Assembly: GCF_009834535.1 (NCBI RefSeq)
Contig: NC_045696.1
Span: 107,448,001 to 107,512,000, forward strand
Direction: 5' to 3'
Length of the DNA: 64,000 nt
DNA from: Camelus ferus
Taxonomy: Eukaryota
Part shown: one piece after another, positions 1 to 13,162 of the stretch
How the letters are laid out: every line of letters begins with the position of its first letter
Position numbering within the stretch: the stretch's first letter is position 1
Made by a program: the position numbers and the translations under genes
Notes under the pieces: generated by a model
Told to the model about the DNA's origin: nothing
Seen by the model: only the letters and a program-made list of their open reading frames with translations
The model's database searches: none

Positions 1-691
1 TCTTCAAGTCCTTTGTTTCCTTATTGATCTTCTGTCTAAATCTTGTGTTTTATTAAAATTGGTGTATTAAAACCACCCACTGTTACTATAGCAATGTCTG
101 TTTTTACATTCAGTTCTGTTAGTGTTTCCTTCATGTATTTTGGGACTCTGCTGTTTGGGATATATATCTTTTTGATTGTTACATCTTCCTGATGAATTGG
201 CCATTTTTACCCAATATATTATGTTTCTCTTCATCTCTCATAGTAAGTTTGACATAAAATTTATTTTGTCTGATATTAGCATAGTCACTCCAGATTTCTT
301 TTGTTCATTGTTTGCATAGAATATCTTTTTGCATCTTCTTATTTTCAGCCGCTTTGTGTAATTAAATTTAAAATAAATTTCTCGTAGATAGCATATAATT
401 GGATCATTAAAAAAATCCATTGTGCCAATCTATCTCTTAACTGGTTAGTTTAATACGTTTATATTTAAGGTGATTGCTGATCATGAAGGACTTTTGCCAA
501 AATGGCTACTTTTCTTCTGTTTGTCTTCATATCTTTGTTGCTCAGTTCCTCCATCACTGCCTTTCTTTTTGTTTGATCTTCTAGTGTACCATTTTCATTT
601 TCTTTGTAATTATCCTGGTGATCACTCACATCTTAACGTTTATACCAATCTAGTTTGAATTGATAGTAACTTAGCTTTTTATTTATATATA
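1..691 (-). mobile_element. Old L1 fragment (ORF2 endonuclease region). The host element resumes at ~4403-4450 and ~6193-7500 (ORF1 side)
   Basis: ORF 238..420 (-) contains KIFYANNEQKKSGVTMLISDKINF, resembling L1 EN KIYQANGKQKKAGVAILVSDKTDF; L1 ORF1-antisense-type sequence at 6440-6700. Confidence 0.8.
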
Positions 692-2608
692 CAGGAATAT
701 CTCAGATATATTATGGGTTTGGTTCTAGGCTGTGGCATTAGAGCAAATATCACAATTAATTGAGTCAACTTTTTCAGTTTTCTAGTGCATATAAAAATTA
801 TATTTAAACTATATTGTAGGTATATATTCAATAGCATTATGTCTTTAAAATGATGTACATACCTTTATATACATACATAAAAATACTTTATTGCTAAAAT
901 ATGCTAACCATCATTTGATTCTTCAGTGAATTGTAATCTTTTTGCTGGAGAAAGGTCATACCTCAGTGTTGATGGTTGCTGAATGATCAGGGTGGTGGTG
1001 GTTGCTGAAGGCTGGGAAGGCAATTTCTTAAAATAAGACAACAATAATGTTTGCCACATTGGTGCACTCTTCCTTTCATGAACGATTTCTCTGTAGCATG
1101 CAGTGCTGTTTGATAGCATTTTACCCACAACAGAACTTCTTTCAATATTGAAATTAGTCCTCTCAAACCCTGCCACTGCTTTATCAATTAAATTTCGTAA
1201 TATTCTAAATTCTTTGTTATCATTTCAAGATGCTTCTCAGCATCTTCACCAATAGATTCCATCTCAAGAAACTGCTTTCGTTGCTTATCCATAAGAAGCC
1301 ACTCCTCATCTATTAAAGTTTTTATCATGAGATTTGCAGCAGTGCAGTCGCATATTCAGACTCCACTTCTAATTCTAATTCTGTTGCTGTTTCACTATGC
1401 TTGCTGTTCTTTCATCTGTTGTAAGACTTGAACCCCACAAAGACGTCCGTGAGGGTTGGAATCAACTTCTTGCAAACTGCCGTTCATGTTGATATTTTTC
1501 TTCCTACTATGAATCATGAATGTCATTATTCACATCTAGAACGGTGAATCCTTTCCAGGTTTTCGACTAACTGCCCGGATGCATCAGCATGGCAGCTACA
1601 GCCTTATGAGATGTTTTTTAAAAAAGTTGAAAATTGAAATGACCTTCCTATGGGCTGTAGGATGGATGCTGTGTCATCAGGTGCGAAAACAGAGTAAATC
1701 TCACTGTGCATCTTTGTCAGAGCTCTTGGGTGACCAGGTGCATTGTCAATGAGCAGTAATACTTTGAAAGGAATCCTTTTTTTCTGAACAGTAGGTCTCA
1801 TCAGTGGGCTTAAAATATTCACTAAACCATGTTATAAACAGATGTGCCGTCATCCAGGATTCATTGTTCCATTTCTAGAGCACAAGCAGAGAGGGTTTAG
1901 CATAATTCTTAAGGGCCCTAGGATTTTGAGAATTGTAAATGAGCACTGGGTTTAGTTTAACTCACCAGCTTCATTAGCTTCTATTAAGAAAGTCTGCCTG
2001 TCCTTTGAAGCTTTGAAGCCAGGCATAGGCTTCTCCTGTCTAGCTACGGAAGTCCTAGATAGCATCTTTTTCCAATACAGTGCTGTTTTGTGTACATTGA
2101 AAATCTTTTGTTTAGTGTAGGCACCTTCATTAATTATCTTAGCTAGATCTTCTGGATAATATGCTGTAGCTTTACATCAGCACTTGCTGCTTTACCTTAC
2201 ACTTTTATGTTATGGAGACAGCTTCTTAGGCCTTATGAACCACCCTCTGCTAGCTTCAAACTGTGCTTCTGCAGCTTTCTCACTTAGCTTTCATAGAATT
2301 GAGAATTAGGGCATTGCTCTGGATTAGATTTTAGCTTAAGGGGATGCTGTGACTGGTTTGATCTTTTATTCAGGTCAGTAAAACTTTCTCTATATTAACA
2401 GTTAAGCTGTTTTGCTTTCTTATTGTTCGTATGTTCACTGGAGTAGCATTTCCAGTTTTCTTCAAGAGCTTTGCATTCACAACTTGGCTAACTGCTTGGT
2501 GCAAGAAGTCTAGCTTTTGATCTCTCTTGGCTTTTGACATACTTTCCTCACTAAATTTAATCATGTCTAGCTTTTGATGGAAAGTGAGAGATGTACAATT
2601 CTTTTTTT

Positions 2609-3305
2609 CTTAAGTTGCCTGGGGTTACACATAACTGTATTTATTTATTTTAAATTAAGATATAATTGGCATGTAACATTATATTAGTTTCAAGTATATA
2701 ACATAATGATTTGCTATTTATCATATTGCAGAATCATCACAATAAGTCTAGTTAACATCTGTCACCATACATAATTATACAATTTTTTTCTTGTAGTGAG
2801 AACTTTTAAGATCTACTCTATTAGCAACTTTCAGGTATACAGCATTATTAACTATAGTCACCATGTCGTACATTATGTCCCTTGACTTATTTATTTTATA
2901 ATTGGAAATTTGTACCTTTTGACCACCTTTACCCATTTTGCCCATCCCCCAACCCACCGCTGGCAATCATCAATTAGTTCCTGTATCTATGAATTCAGTT
3001 TTGTATGTTTGTTTGTTTTTAGTTTCCACATATGAGTGAGATCATAGGTATTCGTCTTAACTCTTTCTCTCTCTGGCTTGTTACATTTAGCATAATGCCC
3101 CCAAAGTCCATTCATTCTCATTTGTTCAGTTGTTGCAAATGAGAAGATTTCCCTTCTTATGGCTGAATAATATTCTGTCATATACACACACTACATTTTT
3201 GATGGTTAGACACTTAGGTCGTTTCCATGCCTTAGCTTTTTTTTGTTGAAGTATAGTTGATTTACAATATTGTGTTAGTTTCAGGTGTATAGCAAAGTGA
3301 TTCAG

Positions 3306-3338
<33 letters not shown>

Positions 3339-3942
3339 GAGAGAGAGATTTTCAGATTATTTTGTATTATAGGTTATTATAAGATATTGAATATAGTTCC
3401 CTGTGCCATACAATAAGTCTTTGTTGCTTATCTTTTTTATATATAATAATGTGTATCTGTTAATCCCATACTCCTAATTTACCCCTCCCCCACTCCTTTT
3501 CCCCTTTGGTAAACAGCCCTGTGAGTCTGTTTCTATCCTGTAAGTAATTCATTTGTATTATTTTTTACATTTCACATGTAAGTGATATTATATAATATTT
3601 CTCTGTCTGGCTTCACATAGTATAATATTCTCTTGGTCCATCCATCTTGCTGCAAATGGCAATATTTCATTCTTTTTATGGCTGGATAATATTCCATTGT
3701 GTGTGTTTGTGCATGTATCACATCTTCTTTATCCATTCATCTGTTGATGGGCACTTAGATCATTTCCATGTCTTGGCCATTGTAACTAATGCTGCTATGA
3801 ACACTGGGGTGCGTGTATCTTTTTGAATTAGAGTTATATTCTTTTCCAGGTATATTCCCAGGAGTGGGATTGCCAGACTTTATGGTAACTGGTTTTAGTT
3901 TTTTAAGAAACCTCCATACTGTTTTCCATAGTGGCTGTACCA
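2609..3942 (-). mobile_element. 5'-truncated L1 3' end(s) inserted in Tigger1; composite of two different L1 3'UTRs (second poly-T at ~3237)
   Basis: TSD-like gtacaatt(c)tttt at 2593-2605 and 3943-3954; [17 protein letters not shown] (L1 ORF2 C-terminus) in ORF 3755..4009 (-). Confidence 0.85.
3313..3348. repeat. (CA)n(GA)n microsatellite
   Basis: Directly visible. Confidence 0.95.
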
Positions 3943-4466
3943 GTACAATTTTTTTGTTGATTTGAACACTTAGCAGCCATTGTAAGTTTATTAATTGGCC
4001 TAATTTCAATACTGTTGTGTCTCAAGGAATAGGGAGGCCCACAGAGAGGGAGAGAGACAGGGGAGTAGCTGTTGAGTGGTGTAGTCAGAGAACAGACAAC
4101 ATTTATCAGTTATGTTCGCTGTCTTACGTGGGTATGGTTATTGGCACCCCAGAACAGTTACAATAATAATGTCAGAGATGACTGATCACAAATCACCATA
4201 ACACATATAATAATAATAATGGAAAGTTTGAAATATGTGAGAATTATCAAAATATGACCTAGAGACGTGATGTGAGCAATTAATTGTTAGAAGAATGCCA
4301 GTGATAGACTAGCAGGGTTACCACAAAACTTTAAATTTGTAAAAAGCACAATATCTTCAAAGCACAGTAAAGCAAAGAACAATAAAATGAGGTATACCTG
4401 TAATAACTTGTAAATTTTTCTTTTGTCTTCATTCCTCTCATATCATCATTATAAATTATATCTTTT

Positions 4467-6177
4467 GATTCAAAGAAATAGATTCTCCATACTCTTGGAT
4501 TGGAAGTATTAATACTCTTAAAGTGGCCATACTACCCAAAGAAATCTATGGATTTATTGCAATCCATATCAAAATACCCATGATAGTTTTTCACAGGACT
4601 AGAACAAATAGTCCTAAAATTTATATGGAACCACAAAAGACCCAGAATTGCCAAAGCAATCCTGAGGAAAAAGAACAAAGCTTTTTCCTTTGTTGAGGCA
4701 TTACCCTTCCAGACTTCAGACAGTACTACGAAGCTGCAGTAATGAATTCAATGTGGTATTGGCACAAAAACAGACATAGAGAGAGCCCAGAAATAAACCC
4801 GCATACCTATGGTCAGTTAATCTACAACAGAGGAGAGAAGATAATCTCTTCAAGAAATGATGTTGAGAAGGCTGGACAGCTACATGTAAATCAGTGAAAT
4901 TAGAACACTCCCTCAAACCACATACAAAAACAGAATCAATGGTTTAAAGACCCAAATATAAGACATGATACCATAAAACTCCTAGATGAGAACATGGGCA
5001 AAACATTTTCTGACATGAGTTGTAGCAATATTTTCTTAGATCAGTCTCCCAAGGCAAAAGATATAAAAGGACAGATAAGCACATGGGACCTAATCAAACT
5101 TACATGCTTTTGCATAGCAAAGGAAATCATCAACAAAATGAAATGACAGCCTGCGAAATGGGTGAAAATATTTGCAAGTGATGTGACTGGCAGTCCCTGA
5201 CAATATACAAACAGCTCATACAACTCAATATTGAAAAAAGCAAACAACCTAATCAAAAAACGGCAGAAGACCTGAAGAGGCATTTTCCCAAAGAAGACAT
5301 ACAGATGGCCAAGAGACACATGAAAAGATGCACAACATTGTTAATTATTAGAGAAATGTAACTCAAAACCACAATGAGGTATCACCTCACACTGGTCACA
5401 ATGGTTGTCATCAAAAAGTCTAGAAATAAAAAATGCTGGAGAGGGTGTGGAGAATAGGGAACCTTCCTACACTGTCGTGAATGTAAGTTGGTGTAACCAC
5501 TATGGAAAACAGTATGGAGATTCCTTAAAAGACTAAAAATAGAGCTACAAATGATCTGGGAATCCTAGTCCTGGGTATATATCTAAAATAATGAAACTCT
5601 TAACTGGAAAATACATACGTACCCCAGTGTTCATAGTGTTATTTACAATAGCCAAGACAGGATTCACCAATAAATGAATAGATAAAGAAGATAAACACAC
5701 ACACTGGAATATTACTCAGCCATAAAAAGAATGAAATATTTCATTTGCAGGAACATAGATGGGCCTAGAGAATATCATACCAGCTGAAGTCAATCAGGCA
5801 GAGAAAGACATACTATATGTTATCACTTATATGTGGAATCTAAAAAATAACACCAATGAACTTATTTACAAAACAAAAACAGACTCACAGACATAGAAAA
5901 CAAATTTATGGTTATCAAAGGGGAGAGGGAGGGAAAACAGGACAAATTAGGAGTATGGGATTAACAGGTACAAACTACCACACATAAAATAGGTAAGCAG
6001 CAAGATTTAATGTACAGCACAGGGAATTATATTCAACACCTTGTAATAACCAATAATGGAAAGTAATCTGAAAAATGATATCTAAAAACTGAATCCCTTG
6101 GCTGTGCACTTGGAACAAAGACAATGTTTAAATCAACTATACATATGAATTAAAAATTATATACATATGAATTAAAA
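4467..6177 (+). mobile_element. 5'-truncated L1 (ORF2 3' part and 3'UTR)
   Basis: L1 ORF2 motifs at DNA level (SWIG...ILPK, aaatgggacctaatcaaact, C-terminal region); TSD-like ataaattatatcttt (4451-4465) / ataaattagctcttt (6178-6192). Confidence 0.88.
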
Positions 6178-6720
6178 ATAAATTAGCTCTTTATATGTTT
6201 TGTATCATTAACATGGGTGTATAAATGCTATTTTTTCTTTTAAATCATATAGGAAACAAAATTAGAAATTATAAACCCAAAATAAAATAATACTGGCATC
6301 TGTATTTACATGAGTAGTTAGTTTTCCCAGTGTTCTCTTTTTTCCTATGGCTTCAAGTTATTGTTCATTGTTCCTTTATTTCTGTACTGAAGATTGTTCT
6401 TCAGCATCTCTTTTATGGCAAAGCAAGTCTAGAGGCAAATTAATTTTTGTTTTTCTAGCTATGTCTTAATTTCTCTCCATTTTTGAATGATAGTTTGCTG
6501 GGTATGGAATTCTTGTTTGACAGTTTTCTTTCAGCATTTTAAATACGTCATTCTGCTACCTTCTGGCTTCCATGATATTTAATGAGAATTACATTAAATT
6601 AAATCCACAGTTAGTCTTACTGTGGATTCTGTGGATTGCTTGAATATGAGGAGGTTGTTTGTTTGTATTTTCATGTTTCCTTCAAAATTCTTTCATTACC
6701 TTTGGATTTTAAAATTTGTA

Positions 6721-6934
6721 CCCTTGACACTTGAATCACGCAAGTTTGAACTGTACCTGTCTACTTATATACAGTTGTGTTTCAGTAAATACTAAAGTAC
6801 TACACAATTCACGGTTGGTTGAATCCATTAATGTGAATCATGGATACGGAGAGCTGACTATAAAGTTATATGGGGATTTTTGACTTCAGGGGGTTGACAT
6901 GCCTGACTGTGGCATTGTTTCATGAGTCAACTCT
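6721..6934 (+). mobile_element. MER8-like (Tigger2-derived) MITE
   Basis: Begins ccttgacacttgaatc...tttgaactg, core gtactacacaattcacggttggttgaatcc, ends tcatgagtcaactc; matches remembered MER8 consensus. Confidence 0.75.
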
Positions 6935-8969
6935 AGTTTGTATTTGTGTGACTCTCTTGGGTTTCCCCTACTTGGAGTCTTTTACCTTCTTTGTAAATTT
7001 CTATATTCAGTTGAAAATTGGAAAGTTTTCTGCCTTTATCTCTTCAGATATTCCACCCCTTTCTACCTCTTTCTCATTATTTACCTTTGGAAGTCTAACT
7101 GATATCTGGGTTTACTGGGAGAGGATTTCTTCTCTTTTCTTTCCTTTTCTATTCTTTCCTTTTCTCTTTTCTTTACTGTTCTTTTCTTTTTTTGTTTAAT
7201 GTGCCTTACTTTCATATTTCTTTGTATGCCTTTTGATTTTTTGTTGTTGTTGAAAACGGGACATTTTGAATATTACAGTTCCATTACTTGGGACACTAGA
7301 TTCTCTTCTCCTCATGGTTTACTGTTGTCTCTTGAGGGCTGCAGTTATCTCTTTACTTTTCTAAAGTGTTTTTGCAAGGACTGTTCTCTTTGTCATGGGT
7401 GGTTACTGAAATTTTGTTATCTTGGTGTTTAGCAGTGATGTTACAGATTTCCTTAGCCAACGTGAGTCGAAAGGAAAAAAGTAATCTTTTGGTGTTTATA
7501 GATTGTCTGTTAGCTAATAGACTTCTTCAAAGGTTAACCAGGTTACCTGTAGCTCTGCCTTAGTCTTCATCTTTTGCTTACACAGACAGCAAAGTTCAGC
7601 TAGGGTTGTAAACCTATGCTTCTCTCAGTTCTTCTCTGAGAATTCAGCCAGCCCTGGGCATTTGTGTAGCATTCTTTATTTCCTGGTATATAAGATAGCC
7701 CTAAAGCCCAGTTCCCCTAGACACCTTCCTCCTTAGCCTTTTTGTTTCGAAGATTTTTAGATGGTCTGATTCTTGCACCATCCACTGTCTTTTGCCCCAT
7801 GCAGCTACTTGTATGTGTTTAAATCACTTTGAAGGTAACACTTGGGAAGCCCCAGCATGCTGCACTAGTAACTTGGTCTGCTCTCCTTTTGGATACCATT
7901 GAGCTGGGGGAGAGGAGATGGTATACAGGTAAGCAAAAATGCTACAGTACTTTTTATCAAATATAGTGGTCTCTGTTAGGCAATCTTCTCTATTTTGTAA
8001 GTTTTTATTACATTCTAGATGTTCATAAAGGATGACTTTTGTCATTTTTTGCCAAGCTAAGAGTTGCTTCAGTGGAGTTCCTGATTCTTGGAGTTTCCTA
8101 ATCCTCCATTTTCCATGACAATATTCCTTTCTTTCATTTTTGAATGATTCATAATTCAAGATTCATAATTTTTTCCTCTCCCCTTTCAAACAGTGTTATT
8201 CAGTTGTCTTTCAGCTTACATAGTTTCTAACAAAAAGTCTGATATAATTGTTTTTCTGTTATGTGAGGAATTATATTTATCTTCCTTTTGAATTCTCTTG
8301 GCTTTTAGCAATATTTGTATTTTTGAGAATTTTCTGATCCTCCATCTGTGTTTTAATGTATTGTTATATCTAGAATGTTCTCCTCTGCTGACTCTTCATA
8401 TCTTTATTTTGCCCTGAACTTTCTCTTTCCTTCTGGATTTCTAGTTATACCCATGTTATACTCTGTTAGGTACTGTGTCATGGCCTGTCTTGGGTGCTTT
8501 CTTTCGTCCCACTTCCCCTGCTACTTTTTTTCTCTTTTAATACACTTTTTTTTTTTTAGACAAGTTTTAGGTTAAGTAGCAGAATTGAACAGAAGGTAGA
8601 GAGATTCCCTCTATAATCCCTGTTCCCACGTACATTAACCTTTCCCACTATTAACATCTCACATCAGAGTGGTACATCTGTTACAGTCAGTGAACCTACT
8701 GTTGACATGTCATTATCACCCAGCATTCATAGTTTACTTTAGAATTCACCCTTTGTGTTATGCATTTTAAGGGTTTTGATAAATGTACAGTTAGATGTTC
8801 CCACCATTATAATATCACACAAAATAGCTTCAGTGCCCTACAAATTCTCTGTGCATGTATATTCATCTCTTCTACCCTATAGCTTCTGGCAATCACTGAT
8901 ATTTTTACTGTCTTCATAGTTTTGCCTTTTCCAGAATGCCATGTATTTATGATAAAATTGTATAGTATG

Positions 8970-9763
8970 ATTCTCTAATACCATATACAAAAATAAACTC
9001 AAAATGGATTAAAGACCTAAATGTAAGACAAGATACTATAAAACTCCTAGAGGAAAACATAGGCAGAGCACTCTTTGACATAAATTGCAGCAATATTTTT
9101 TTTGAACCAGCTCGTAGAGTAATGTAAATAAAAGCAAAAATAAACAAATGGGACCTAATTAATCTTAAAAACTTTTGCATAGCTAAGGATACCATCAACA
9201 AAATGGAAAGACAACCTATAGAATGGGAGAAAATATTTGCAAATGATGTAAGCAATAAGGGACTAATTTCCAAAATAGGCACATAGCTCATACAGCTTAA
9301 TATTAAAAAAAAAAAGCAACCCAATCAAAAAATGGGCAGAAGACCTAAACAGACATTTATCCAAAGAAGACATTCAGATGGCCAGCAAGCATATGAAAAG
9401 GTGCTCAACAATGCTAATTATTAGAGAAATGCAAGTCAAAACTACAGTGAGGTATCACCTCACACCAGTCAGAGTGACCATCATTCAAAAGTCCACAAAC
9501 AGTAAATGTTGTAGAGGCTGTGGAGAAAAGGGAACCCTCCTACACTGTTGGTGGGCAATGTAAATTGGTATAACCACTATGGAGGGCAGTATGGAGGTTC
9601 CTTAAAAAACTAGAAACAGGCTTACCTTATAATCCATCAATCCCACTCCTGGGCATATATCTGGAGAAAACTATAATTTGAAAAGACACATGCACCCCAA
9701 CATCCACAGCAGCACTATTTATAATAGCCAAGACATGAAAACAACCTAAATGTCCATCAACAG

Positions 9764-9801
<38 letters not shown>

Positions 9802-10292
9802 GGAATAATGCTTAGACATAAAAAAGAATGAAATAATGCCATTGGCAGCAATGTGGATGGACCTGGAGATCATCATTCTAAGTGAAGTAAGCCAGAAAAA
9901 GAAAAATACCATATGATATCACTCATATGTGAAATCTGAAACAGAAAAGGACACAAATGAACTTATTTACAAAACAGAAATAAACTTACAGACATAGAGA
10001 ATGAACTTACGGTTACCAGGGTTGAAAGGGGGTGGGAAGGGATAAATTGAGAGTTTGAGATTTGCAGATACTAACTACTATATATAAAATACATAAACCA
10101 CAAGTTTATACTGTATAGCACAGGGAACTATATTCAGTATCTTATAGTAACCTATACTGAAAAGGAATATATGTATGTATGGGTGTGTTACTGAAACATG
10201 CTGTACACCAGCAATTGACTAAGCATTGTACACTGACTATACTTCAATAAAAAAGAGTTTAAAAGAATTTTTAAAACCCCCAAAACAAAAAC
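8970..10292 (+). mobile_element. 5'-truncated L1 (ORF2 C-terminus, 3'UTR, A-rich tail)
   Basis: ORF 9378..9563 [32 protein letters not shown] (L1 ORF2); TSD-like aaaattgtatagtatg (8954-8969) / aaaatcatatattatg (10293-10308). Confidence 0.9.
9765..9799. repeat. (AC)n microsatellite
   Basis: Directly visible. Confidence 0.95.
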
Positions 10293-10394
10293 AAAATCAT
10301 ATATTATGTAGTGATTTCACATTTGCTACTTTCAGTTAATAATATGCCTTTGAGCTTTCTGCATGTCTTTTCCTGGCTTGATAGCTCATTCCTT

Positions 10395-12926
10395 TTTTTT
10401 TTTTTTAATTATTTTTTATTGAAGTATAGTCAATTTACAATGTTGTGTCAGTTTCTGGTGTACAGCACAATAGTTCAAACATATAGGAACATACGTATAT
10501 TTGTTTTCATATTCTTTTTAATCATAAGTTGCTACAAGATATTGAATATAGTTCCCTGTGCTATACAGTATAAACTTGTCATTTATCTATTTTATATATG
10601 GTAGTTAGTGTCTGCAAATCTCGAACTCCCAGTTTATCCCTGCTCACCGTTTTCCCCTCCCAGTAACCATACTTGTTTTCTATGTCTGTGAGTCTGTTTC
10701 TGTTTTGTGAATGTAAGTTTGTCTATTTTTTAAGATTCCACATATAAGTGATATCATTCGGTATTTTTCTTTCTCTTTCTAGCTTACTTCACTTAGAATG
10801 ACATTCTCCAGGTCCATCCATGTTACTGTAAATGGCATTTTATTATTTTTATGACTGAGTAGTAGTCCATTGTATAAATATACCACAACTTCTTTTTCCA
10901 GTCATCTGTTGATGAACATTTATGTTGTTTCCATGTCTTGGCTATTGTAAATAGTGCTGCTCTGAACTTTGGGTGCATGTATCTTTCTGAATTAAGGTTC
11001 CCTCTGGATATATGCCCAGGAGTGGGATTGATGGATCATATGGTAAGTCTGTTTTCAGTCTTCTGAGGAATCTCCATTCTGTTTTCCACAATGGCTGCAC
11101 CAAACTACATTCCTACCAACAGTGTAGGAGGGTTCCCTTTTCTCCACACCCTCTCCACCATTTATTGTGCATGGACTTTTTGAATGATGGCCATTATGAC
11201 TGGTGTGAGGTGATACCTCATTGTAGTTTTGATTTGCATTTCTCTAATAATTAGTGATTATTGAGCATTTTTTCATGTGTCCATTGGCACTTTGTATGTC
11301 TTCATTGGAGAATTGCTTGTTTAGGTCTTCTGCCCACTTTTGGATTGGGTTATTTGTTTTTTTCTTATGACATTGTATGAAACTGTTTATATATTCTGGA
11401 AATTAAGCCCTTATCAGTCTCATCTTTTGCAATAATCTTCTCCCATTCCTTAGGTTGTCTTTTTGTTTTGCTTATGGTTTCTTTTGCTGTGTGAAAACTT
11501 CTTAGTTTGATTAGATCCTATTTGTTTATTTTTGCTTTTATTTCTATTACTTGGGTAGATTGCCCTAGGAGAAAATTGTTGAGATTTATATCAGAGAAGT
11601 TTTGCCTATGTTTTCTTCCAGGAGCTTTATAGTGTCTTATCTTATGTTTAAGTTTGTGGATTTATTTCTGGGCTCTGTTCTGTTCCATTGATCCGTATGT
11701 CTGTTTTTTTTTTTTTACCAATACCACGCTGTTTTGATGACTGTAGCTCTGTAGTATTGTCTGAAGTCTGGGAGGGTTATTCCTCCAGCTTGGTTCTTTT
11801 TCTTCAGTAATGCCTTGGCAATTCTGGGTCTTGTGTGATTCCATATAAATTTGAGGATTATTTGTTCTAATTCTGTGAAAAATGTCCTGGGTAATTTGAT
11901 AAGGATCTCATTAAATCTGTAGATTGCTTTGGGTAGTGTGGCCATTTTAACAATATTAATACTTCCAATCCAAGAACATGGGATATCTTTCCATTTCTTA
12001 AAGTCATCTTTAATTTCCTTAATCAGTGTTTTGTCGTTCTCCACATATAAGTCTTTCACTTTGTTGGTCAGATTTATTCCTAAGTGTTTCCTTTTTTGGG
12101 TGCAATTTTGAAAAAGATTGTCTCTTTACCTTCATTTTCTAATATTTCATTGTTAGTGTAAAGAAATGCCACTGATTTCTGTACATTAATCTTATATCCT
12201 GCTACCTTGCCAAATCCTTTTATCAGCTCTAGTAGTTTTTGTGTGGAAGCTTTAGGGTTTTCTATATATATAGTATCATGTCATCCACATGTAATGATAA
12301 TTTTACCTCTTCTCTTCCAATTTAGATACCTTTTATTTCTTTCTCTTGTCTGATTGCTATGGCTAGGACTTCCAATACTATATTAAATAGAAGTGGTGAG
12401 AGTGGACATCCTTGTCTTGTTCCAGATTTTAGGGAGAAGACTTCCAGCTTTTCACTGTTGAATATTATGCTGGCTGTAGGTTTGTCATAAATAGCTTTTA
12501 TTATGTTGAGATATGTTCCCTCTATACCCACTTTGGTAAGAGTTTTTATCATAAATGGGTGTTGAATTTTATCAGTTGCTTTTTCTGCATCTGTTGAGAC
12601 GATCATGTGATTTTTGTCCTTTCTCTTGTTGATGTGATGTATCACATTGATTTGTGTATGTTGAACCATCCTTGTGTCTCTGGGATGAATCCAGCTTGAT
12701 CATGGTGTATGATCTTTTTTATGTGATGTTGGATTGTTTGCTAATATTTTGTTGAGGATTTTTGCATCTGTATTCATCAACGATACTGGCCTATAGCTTT
12801 CTTTTTTGGTAGTATCTTTGTCTGGCTTTGGTATCAGGGTGATAGTGGCTTCATGAATGAGTTTAGGAGTGTTCTCTCCTCTTCAGTCTTTTGGAAGAGT
12901 TTGAGAAGGATTGGTATGAGCTCTTC
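10395..12926 (-). mobile_element. 5'-truncated L1 with RT-domain remnants
   Basis: ORF 12322..12669 (-) ...[22 protein letters not shown] and ORF 11715..12059 (-) [10 protein letters not shown]...[15 protein letters not shown] gatagctcattcctt (10380-10394) / gatagcttatttctt (12927-12941). Confidence 0.95.
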
Positions 12927-13162
12927 GATAGCTTATTTCTTAAGTGCTAAATAATATTACATTGTCTGCATGTACCACAATTTATCTGTTCACATCCTAA
13001 AGGACATTTCTTTCCTGTGTGACAGTTTTGAATAAAGCTGCTGGAAACATCTTTTTCAGTTCGTTTGAGTAAATACCAAAGAATGTGATTGCTGGTAGTA
13101 CAGATTGATTATAGTCTATATTTTGTGGCATATTCATTTTATTTTAAAATAATTTTCTTTTC

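Larger units (their letters stand above)
692..4400 (-). mobile_element. Near full-length Tigger1-like (TcMar-Tigger) DNA transposon split by an L1 insertion
   Basis: TA|caggaatatctc at 690-703 and gaggtatacctg|TA at 4389-4402 (TIRs and TA target duplication). Transposase remnants [17 protein letters not shown] (1604..1822 -), MIKFSEESMSKA (2370..2564 -) and [24 protein letters not shown] (904..1176 -). About 2.36 kb once the insert is removed. Confidence 0.93.
8545..13110 (-). mobile_element. Old L1MC/MD-type 3' end in three pieces (~8545-8953, ~10309-10379, ~12942-13110), interrupted by two younger L1s
   Basis: Poly-T followed by agttttaggttaagtagcagaattgaacagaagg, typical of old L1M 3' ends; sequence continues across the TSD-bounded inserts. 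Confidence 0.7.

Noticed and set aside
692..4400. Domesticated TIGD-like transposase gene
   Set aside because: The transposase is fragmented across frames and the element is split by an L1 insertion.
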